Shown here piece by piece: positions 57,050 to 64,000 of a DNA stretch of 64,000 bases; the stretch's first letter is position 1; each line of letters begins with the position of its first letter. Origin of the DNA: Elusimicrobiota bacterium (GTDB lineage: Bacteria > Elusimicrobiota > Elusimicrobia > Elusimicrobiales > Elusimicrobiaceae). The position numbers and the translations under genes were made by a program. The notes under the pieces were generated by a model. That model was not told the DNA's origin, ran no database searches, and was given only the letters and a program-made list of their open reading frames with translations. The stretch is taken from contig WRFH01000004.1 of NCBI GenBank assembly GCA_009778915.1, positions 37,390-101,389 of the forward strand, written 5' to 3'.

Positions 57050-59143
57050 TTATAAATCAATTTCCGCCGTCAGAATTTTACCGCCGGATAAAGACATGCT
57101 CCGCGCGTCCGGCTGAGTGAAACCCGCGTGTAAAACGTGTTTGCCTTTTATAAGCTTAGCGTCCCCGTTCGCGTCAAAACGGGAAAAAGCGTTTTTGGCC
57201 AGCTTAATTTTAAGTTCTGTTTTTTCACCCGGCTTAAGATAAACGCTGCCTATGCCGCAAAGGCTGCGGATTTCTTTCTGTCCGGGCGAGGTTACGTAAA
57301 TCTGCACCGTTTCGCGCGCCGGGATTTTACCTTTGTTTTCAACCGTCACGCTGCACACATCTTTATCAGCTTTAAAATTTTTAAGAGAGAATTTTGAATA
57401 GCCTAACCCGAAGCCGAACGGATAAAGCGGTTCCCCCTTAAAATATTTATAGGTGCGGTTGGTCATGTTATAATCTTTAAAATCCGGCAAATCAGAAGTG
57501 GAGCGGTAAAAGGTCAACGGCAGTTTGCCCGACGGACTGAATAGGCCGAAAATTGCCTCCGCCACCGCGCGTCCGCCGTTTGCGCCAGGGTAAAAAGCTT
57601 GGATAATACCGTTCGCTTTTTCGTCCGCGTAAACGCAGGCCAACGCGCTGCCCGAAACAAAAACGACTATGACGGGTTTTTTGCCCGCCGCCGCGATTAC
57701 GTTTTCAAGCAGCTTCTGCTGGCGGCCCGGGAGTTCAATGTAAGGCTTGTCCCCGACGGCCTGGCTTGCGCTGAAAGCGTCGCTCTCTTCGCCTTCAATG
57801 TCCGCGTCAAGACCGAGGCAGACGATAACCGCGTCGCTGCGTTTTGTGACGGCGCGGGCTTCGGACAAACGGTCGTCTTCCTGCGCCAGTCCTTCTGTCC
57901 TGTCTTTAAAAAGATGGCAGCCTTCGCTGAACAAAACGCGGGCTCCGGCTTTTTCCGCTATTTCCCTCACTCCGTCAAGAACGGTGATGTGGCGGCTCGG
58001 CGTGCCCATGTAATTGCCTTCAAGAGCTTTGCGGCTGTCCGCGTTCGGGCCTATTACGCCGATAGTTTTTATTTTTTTGATATTAAGCGGCAACGCGCCG
58101 TCGTTTTTAAGCAGAACTATGCTTCTGCGGGCGACTTCCGTGTTAAAAGCGTTGTGTTCGGGACAATCCACGACATTATAAGGGATGTCCGCGTATTTCG
58201 GATTTTTGGGAGCGCCCAAAAGTCCCAGACGCATGCGCGTGGTAAACAGGCGGGTTACCGCCGTATCTATATTCTCCTCGCTTATCAAGCCGTTTTGAAC
58301 GGCGGCCACGGCGTTGGGGAACAGATTGCCGCAGTTAATGTCGCAGCCTTTTGAAATAGCCAGCGCGACGGATTCCTCCGGCCCTTTTGTAACTTTATGG
58401 TTTTCGTGAAAATCTTTTATGGCCCAGCAGTCTGAAACCACGTGTCCGTCAAAACCCCATTTATCGCGCAGGATTTTTTTTAGGAGCAGTTCTGAGCCGC
58501 AGCAAGGCTCGCCCAGAGTGCGGTTATACGCGCCCATGACGGCCTCCACGTTGGCTTCCTTGACGGCGGCTTCAAAGGCGGGCAGATAAGTATTCCACAA
58601 ATCATAATCGTCCACGACGGCGTTGAAGTGGTGTCTGTCATTTTCCGGGCCGGAGTGAACGGCAAAATGTTTCGCGCAGGCGGCGGTTTTAAGGCTGTTT
58701 TTGTCAGGCCCCTGCAAACCCTTTATATACGCCACGCCCATGAGCGACGTAAGATACGGGTCCTCGCCGTAAGTTTCATGACCGCGGCCCCATCTCGGAT
58801 CCCGGAAAATATTTATGTTCGGCGTCCAGTAAGTTATTCCTTTATATATATCATGGTCGCCTTCTTCCTGATTAGCGTTAAATTTTCCGCGGCCTTCGGT
58901 GGAGACAGTGTCCGCCACTTTTTGGACAAGTTCGGCGTCAAACGTCGCGGCCAGACCTATGGCCTGCGGGAATACCGTCGACACGCCCGCGCGGGCTATG
59001 CCGTGCAGCGCTTCGTTCCACCAGTTGTAAGACGGGATATTGTGATGTTTAAGTTCTTTTGAATTATGAATCATCTGGGAAACTTTTTCCCGCAGATTCA
59101 TTTTCGCTACTAACGCGCGCGCTTCTTTTTTTATATCGTACAT
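57050..59143 (-). CDS. GH3 beta-xylosidase
   Basis: WWNEALHG, RDPRWGRGHETYGEDP, KHFAVH, VSDCWA, Fn3-like tail. Confidence 0.92.
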   Translation of the reverse strand: MYDIKKEARALVAKMNLREKVSQMIHNSKELKHHNIPSYNWWNEALHGIARAGVSTVFPQAIGLAATFDAELVQKVADTVSTEGRGKFNANQEEGDHDIYKGITYWTPNINIFRDPRWGRGHETYGEDPYLTSLMGVAYIKGLQGPDKNSLKTAACAKHFAVHSGPENDRHHFNAVVDDYDLWNTYLPAFEAAVKEANVEAVMGAYNRTLGEPCCGSELLLKKILRDKWGFDGHVVSDCWAIKDFHENHKVTKGPEESVALAISKGCDINCGNLFPNAVAAVQNGLISEENIDTAVTRLFTTRMRLGLLGAPKNPKYADIPYNVVDCPEHNAFNTEVARRSIVLLKNDGALPLNIKKIKTIGVIGPNADSRKALEGNYMGTPSRHITVLDGVREIAEKAGARVLFSEGCHLFKDRTEGLAQEDDRLSEARAVTKRSDAVIVCLGLDADIEGEESDAFSASQAVGDKPYIELPGRQQKLLENVIAAAGKKPVIVVFVSGSALACVYADEKANGIIQAFYPGANGGRAVAEAIFGLFSPSGKLPLTFYRSTSDLPDFKDYNMTNRTYKYFKGEPLYPFGFGLGYSKFSLKNFKADKDVCSVTVENKGKIPARETVQIYVTSPGQKEIRSLCGIGSVYLKPGEKTELKIKLAKNAFSRFDANGDAKLIKGKHVLHAGFTQPDARSMSLSGGKILTAEIDL

Positions 59144-59151
59144 ATTTTCTC

Positions 59152-60528
59152 CTAAGCCTGCGCCGCGGCGCGTTCTTCGACGGCGTGGACAAGTTCGGCG
59201 TAACGTTTGTCGTCAAGCGGGTAGAATTTCATTATTACCAGCGTTATAAACATTAATATCGCGGGCACTATCGAAACCATAATCAAAATGCCCCGCAGAG
59301 ATTCCGCCGATTGAACCTGATTAGGAACATACTTAAATAAGTCCAGCATGAAACCCAGCAGCATGCCGCCGACGGCCAGACCGAATTTAAAGAAAAATCC
59401 GATTGCCGCGTACGCCACGCCGCCCATTCTGTGGCCCGTTTTGTATTCGCCGTAAGTAATGGCCTCCGGCACAAGAGCCCACGCGTAACCGCCGGTAATG
59501 CCGCCGACAGCCGCCACGATTTTACAGACAAAAGCCGCCCACACCGCGCCCGGCGGGATTATCAGATATGCAAGCGTAAAGACCATGTTCAGCAGAATGC
59601 CGCCGTACATAAAAGGCTTTTTCCCGACGGCGCGCACCATCGCGGGCACGAACGGGAACAGAATAATAGCCGGTATGGTGCCGGCCAGGTTAAAATATTT
59701 CAGAAGGTCCGGGCGGCCGAGATTATACTGTATATAATAGGTGCCAACGCCGCCGGCTATGGAGAACGTGGAAAAGTTTACCGCGAACATAACGCATAGT
59801 AAAATAAGAGGAGTGTTTAACTTAAACTGCGAAATCATGTCTTTGACTTTAATAGGTTCTTCGCTGACGGGCACGACGCGTTCCTTAGTGCTTTTGTAGC
59901 AGAACAAAAGAAGCGACGCGCCGATAATGCCCATGACTACCATAGTCATTTGGTACCCGTGCTGGGGGCCGAATTTCGCGCCGAACAAACCCGCCAGAAA
60001 CGGTAAAAAGAAAGCTATTATCACGCCGCCGGCGTTCGCCATGAACATGCGGACGGAGGTGATGCTGGCGGTTTCGTCCTGTCTTCTCGTCATGGCCGCG
60101 GTAAGAGCGCCGTAAGGAATGTTAATCGTCGTGTAAACCATCGTCAGAAGAATATAGGTGACGTAAGCGTAAATTATTTTGCCGACGTCGTTAAAACCCG
60201 GCGTGGTGAAGCAGAGGACGGCGGTCACTAAAAAAGGAATCGCCCCGTAACGCATATAGGGGCGGTATTTGCCGTCTTTGAAGTGGTGTTTGTCTATGAA
60301 CGCGCCGATAACAGGGTCCGTAATAGCGTCCCAAAAGCGGGACACGAAAAACATAATGCCCACGGCTTTTGCGGAAATTCCGAAAATATCCGTATAAAAA
60401 AACGTCAGATACATTATTATAGTCTGGTAGATAAAGTTGCAGGCCATATCGCCTGAAGCATAACCGATTTTTTCCAACATTCCGATATTGTCCTGCCTGG
60501 GGGGAAGCGTCTGCGTGTTAGCGGTCAT
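59152..60528 (-). CDS. GPH-family glycoside:cation symporter (XynT-like)
   Basis: GYASGDMACN, WDAITDP, GKYRPY, NIPYGAL. Confidence 0.92.
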   Translation of the reverse strand: MTANTQTLPPRQDNIGMLEKIGYASGDMACNFIYQTIIMYLTFFYTDIFGISAKAVGIMFFVSRFWDAITDPVIGAFIDKHHFKDGKYRPYMRYGAIPFLVTAVLCFTTPGFNDVGKIIYAYVTYILLTMVYTTINIPYGALTAAMTRRQDETASITSVRMFMANAGGVIIAFFLPFLAGLFGAKFGPQHGYQMTMVVMGIIGASLLLFCYKSTKERVVPVSEEPIKVKDMISQFKLNTPLILLCVMFAVNFSTFSIAGGVGTYYIQYNLGRPDLLKYFNLAGTIPAIILFPFVPAMVRAVGKKPFMYGGILLNMVFTLAYLIIPPGAVWAAFVCKIVAAVGGITGGYAWALVPEAITYGEYKTGHRMGGVAYAAIGFFFKFGLAVGGMLLGFMLDLFKYVPNQVQSAESLRGILIMVSIVPAILMFITLVIMKFYPLDDKRYAELVHAVEERAAAQA

Positions 60529-60597
60529 AATTTCTCCTGTTTTGAAACGGACATTTTCAATTATATCACATATTTATATGTTGTCAAATTTATGTTT

Positions 60598-62766
60598 TTA
60601 TAACTTTGTCTTCAAGACATCCTCGTCGAGCAGATGCTCAAAATCCGCGGACGGGAGCGGGCGCGAAAAGACATAGCCCTGCGCCAAATCACAGCCGATG
60701 GCCGTTAAAAATTCCACCTGCTCTTTTGTTTCAACGCCTTCGGTAACTATGACGCAGCCCAGCTTTTTTATCATCTCCACCGTGCCGCTGATAATATGGC
60801 GCATGCGTTCGCTGGTTTCGCCGCGCGTCAGAAATTCTTTATCCAGTTTCACGCAGTCAAAATTTAAATCTTTAAGTATGTTAAGCGAAGAATACCCCGC
60901 GCCGAAATCATCCATAGCGACGGTAAACCCGCGCGCGTGCAGCGCGTCCAAAACGCCGCGCATAGTTTTGCCGCTGTCAAAAGCGATACTCTCGGTTATT
61001 TCCAGTTCTATAAGGTTGTGCGGCAGGTTATAGCGGTCAACAATTTCGGTTACCGCGTCTATAAAACGAGCGTCTTCCAGGTGTAAGCGCGAAAAGTTTA
61101 CGCCGACGGGCACTACCCGCCTGCCTTCTTTTATGCGCCGCGCCAGAAGTTTTACCGTCTCTTCCAAAACGAACATATCCAGTTTAAGCACAAAACCGTT
61201 TTTCTCAAACACCGGAATAAATTTGTCCGGCGGGATAAGCCCCTTTTTCGCGTCCTGCCAGCGGACCAGCGCCTCCGCGCTTTCTATGCGGCGGGTTTTG
61301 AAATCATATTTGGGCTGTATAAAAACTTTAAACTGCCCGTCGGCAAGGGCGGCGTTCATTTTGCTCTCAATTTCAGATATAAGTTTAATCTGCTCGCGGT
61401 AAGCGTCGTTGTAAAACGCGAAAGTCTGCCCGGCGTCGCGGCGTATGGAATTGAGGGCCATGTTCGCGCGGTCAATCATTATATAGAAAGGGACATCCTC
61501 GTCAACCAGGTACATGCCGGCGTTAACCGTTATTTCAAGACATAATTTTTCATCCTGGCAAAAATGGCTTATGCGCGACAGTATTTTTTCTATACGCGCG
61601 TTAAATTCCGCGCGGTCCGGGCAGGCCAGCAGTAATAAAAATCTGTCCGCGGACGAATGGCAGAGAAGTTCGTTTTCCTTAACCTCTTCCTTCAAAATCC
61701 GCGCCGCGTGTTTTAAAATCTTGTCCCCCTGCTCAAAACCGTAAATATCGTTAATCGCTTTAAACCTGTTTATATTTACCGCCGTCAGCGCGAAAGGTAT
61801 TTTGTTTTTTCTGAAAGCGTCCGCGGTCCTGGCAAAATTAGACTCAAAATAATTGTGGTTGCCCAAACCGGTCACGTGGTAAATAAAAGCGCTGCGGTAC
61901 AATGCGTCGCTGTGCTGGCGGTAAGCGAGTATAATAAACAGCAGCAAAACTCCCAGCACGATAATAATCGCCACGCACATAAACACGGCGGCTGTCAGCT
62001 GTTTCTGCGGCCTGTGGCCGGGGTTAGGCTGCAATGCCAGCAGCCGCCAATTATTGTACTCGAGAGGAACGGAAGATATAAAATAATCCCTGCCGGATAA
62101 AGAACACCGCGCGGCGCCGTTGTCCGGCGGGATTTGTTTCAGGCAGCCGGCGGCGGCGTTATTACGACCAAGTATAATATCCCCGTCCGCGCCGGCAATA
62201 AACCACTGCGTATAGCCGGGCACCGGCTCACGGTACAGCGCGGTCTCGTAAAAAGCCGTAAGCTGCGCGGCAAATAATACGCCCGCTTTATTGCCGTTTC
62301 TGTAGACGGGCTTGACAATTATAATCCTTTTATCATCATGCGCGGCGGACCTTGAAACATAATAGTTATCTCTGTAAGCGGCGGATATTGCTTCGGCGGA
62401 GAGAAAATCGTTTTGCGCGGAACTGTCCGAAAAATAAGTTTTGCCGTCGGGAAACTGAAAGCCCATCATCTCAAAATTATTGCGCTGCTTCTGGCGGGCC
62501 AGATAGAGCATAAGGCCCTTCGTATCCTCCACGCGCGGCAGTCCCTCAAGCGATTCCCCGACGGAGGCCAGCACCTGCAGTTCCGCGTCAATCTGATAAT
62601 TAAATTCTTTGGCAAGAGTTTGTCCGGCGGAAAAGATGTCCGCCTTTTCCCTCTGCTCCAGCACGTTGTCTAAATGTTTCCAATACAAAACAATACTTAA
62701 AGACACCAAAACGACCGCGGTAAAAATCAGCAGTAAAATATTTCTGAAAGCCGGTGTTTTATACAT
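60598..62766 (-). CDS. Membrane sensor with degenerate GGDEF and EAL phosphodiesterase
   Basis: Two TMs, SADRF in place of GGDEF, EALVRW, EITES, DDFGAGYSS. Confidence 0.9.
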   Translation of the reverse strand: MYKTPAFRNILLLIFTAVVLVSLSIVLYWKHLDNVLEQREKADIFSAGQTLAKEFNYQIDAELQVLASVGESLEGLPRVEDTKGLMLYLARQKQRNNFEMMGFQFPDGKTYFSDSSAQNDFLSAEAISAAYRDNYYVSRSAAHDDKRIIIVKPVYRNGNKAGVLFAAQLTAFYETALYREPVPGYTQWFIAGADGDIILGRNNAAAGCLKQIPPDNGAARCSLSGRDYFISSVPLEYNNWRLLALQPNPGHRPQKQLTAAVFMCVAIIIVLGVLLLFIILAYRQHSDALYRSAFIYHVTGLGNHNYFESNFARTADAFRKNKIPFALTAVNINRFKAINDIYGFEQGDKILKHAARILKEEVKENELLCHSSADRFLLLLACPDRAEFNARIEKILSRISHFCQDEKLCLEITVNAGMYLVDEDVPFYIMIDRANMALNSIRRDAGQTFAFYNDAYREQIKLISEIESKMNAALADGQFKVFIQPKYDFKTRRIESAEALVRWQDAKKGLIPPDKFIPVFEKNGFVLKLDMFVLEETVKLLARRIKEGRRVVPVGVNFSRLHLEDARFIDAVTEIVDRYNLPHNLIELEITESIAFDSGKTMRGVLDALHARGFTVAMDDFGAGYSSLNILKDLNFDCVKLDKEFLTRGETSERMRHIISGTVEMIKKLGCVIVTEGVETKEQVEFLTAIGCDLAQGYVFSRPLPSADFEHLLDEDVLKTKL

Positions 62767-62845
62767 ATAGGTTTCTCCCTATAGGCAAAACATTATGTCT
62801 TAATATATAGTTTATAGTATCATAAATAAAAGAAATAATTACAAG

Positions 62846-62879
62846 AAACTCCCCGCATATCGGCTACGCGGGGAGTTTT
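62846..62879 (-). terminator. Terminator
   Basis: AAACTCCCCGC...GCGGGGAGTTT. Confidence 0.7.
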
Positions 62880-62907
62880 GTCATTTGTCCGTTATCTTTT
62901 TATTTTA

Positions 62908-63468
62908 CTATTTGTAACCCGCCACGACGCAGGTTCCGTTGTTCATCGCGCTTTGCAGCAGAGGCGAATCCGGCGAAGAGGAAGAAGTTTGCTGCCCGCT
63001 GACTAAGTCCGCCGATACGTTGACGGACATATTTCCCGCGTCGACGGACGGCATTGTTTTTCTGTATTCGTCCGCGTAGTTCGCCAGGTCTTTTTTCGGA
63101 AATTTACAGGTCATCAAACCGTTATTCGGCATTTGTTCTTTGTACACGCATTTGCCGTTTTTTAAGCCGGTGATATTACGCAGCATCATGCTTTCCTGGT
63201 CCGACGCGCCGAAAGCCGCCATCGCCGGGTGTTTAAATTTGCATTTAAAAGGAGAACACGCCGCAAGTTTATCCGGGAAATTCGCGCATGAAGCCGCCGG
63301 CGCCGCCGCTTTCTTTTTTGACGAATGTTTTTTAGATTTTTTTACGCTTGGCCCAGACGTCAGGTAACTTACGGAATACGCTTGAGCGGTCGTCGTCTTT
63401 TGCTGCGCGTATACTGATACCGTCGCGAGTAAAACCGCCGCGCAGAAGATAAGAATTATTTTTTTCAT
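62908..63468 (-). CDS. Secreted Cys-containing hypothetical protein
   Basis: Signal peptide VYA; AGGAG SD. Confidence 0.7.
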   Translation of the reverse strand: MKKIILIFCAAVLLATVSVYAQQKTTTAQAYSVSYLTSGPSVKKSKKHSSKKKAAAPAASCANFPDKLAACSPFKCKFKHPAMAAFGASDQESMMLRNITGLKNGKCVYKEQMPNNGLMTCKFPKKDLANYADEYRKTMPSVDAGNMSVNVSADLVSGQQTSSSSPDSPLLQSAMNNGTCVVAGYK

Positions 63469-63656
63469 TTTTTCTCCTCATAACTTAAGTTTAAATTTTA
63501 TTATACATATTTTAATATGGAAAAATACCGCGCGGTTATTGATATTCCGCGTACATCGCGGTATGAAGCGGAGGCAGTTATGATTATCCCGCGTACTCCT
63601 CAATCTAACTAGTTATTTTAAATTATAAATATATAAATATTTAGTAGTATAATGAT

Positions 63657-64000
63657 ATGTTTAAAAAGCTGACAAAAAGGCTTATGCTGTTTCTCGGCAA
63701 TCCGAAGATTAAGGATTTTGACGTTAAGGACGCCAAATCCGTTCTCGTGCGAAGCTGGTCCGGCATAGGGGATTCCATAGTCATGGCGGCAGCCGTCAGG
63801 GAACTTAAGAAAAACCGGCCGGATATTAACGTCTGCGTCGTGCAGAGAAGCCGCTCGCGCGACGTGTTTAAAGATAACCCGTATATCGACAAAGTATATC
63901 CTTACACTTTTTACCACTTCTTAAAATTGAGGAATAAAGCTGACGTTTATATCGACGCGCGGGACCATATGAACGCCGGGAATTTTTTATTTTACCGCGT
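63657..64000 (+). CDS. Glycosyltransferase family 9 (heptosyltransferase-like), partial
   Basis: Manual translation ...SVLVRSWSGIGDSIVMAAAVRELKKNRPD...FKDNPYIDKV. Confidence 0.85.
   Translation, partial: MFKKLTKRLMLFLGNPKIKDFDVKDAKSVLVRSWSGIGDSIVMAAAVRELKKNRPDINVCVVQRSRSRDVFKDNPYIDKVYPYTFYHFLKLRNKADVYIDARDHMNAGNFLFYR

Noticed and set aside
46421-60528. Island integrated at tRNA-Asn carrying the xylose cluster
   Set aside because: No integrase, no repeat of the tRNA 3' end seen, and composition looks host-like.
60598-62766. Active diguanylate cyclase
   Set aside because: GGDEF motif is degenerate (SADRF); a common PDE architecture.

Overview
Chromosomal window from a diderm (Gram-negative-type) bacterium: it encodes OmpA, autotransporters and an LPS GT9. 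Elusimicrobiota-like is only a guess. From left to right: (1) a complete shikimate operon with an AroK-AroE fusion, an atypical DAHP synthase and an unannotated Phe/Tyr-rich leader-peptide attenuator; (2) tRNA-Arg(GCG), whose 3' end is the insertion site of a ~21 kb AT-rich element (7180-28098). The element has a serine recombinase, DUF2924/DUF5681 genes, a terminase and a ParB-methylase but no capsid genes. It also carries a repeated promoter motif, a C4/CI-like structured RNA and several defence cassettes: DUF262+HEPN, two R-M systems, tandem nucleases and a C5-MTase / GHKL-histidine kinase / receiver-HEPN operon. (3) The scar of an older related element at the same site, followed by an autotransporter, a nuclease + TGT/DpdA-like pair facing two amino-MTases, and IbrAB-like genes; (4) housekeeping genes (groESL with CIRCE, Ser/Thr kinase-phosphatase, rpmE, ompA-like, tRNA-Asn); (5) a xylose/xyloside utilisation cluster interrupted by a second autotransporter. 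All domain calls come from motif recognition by eye, not database searches.
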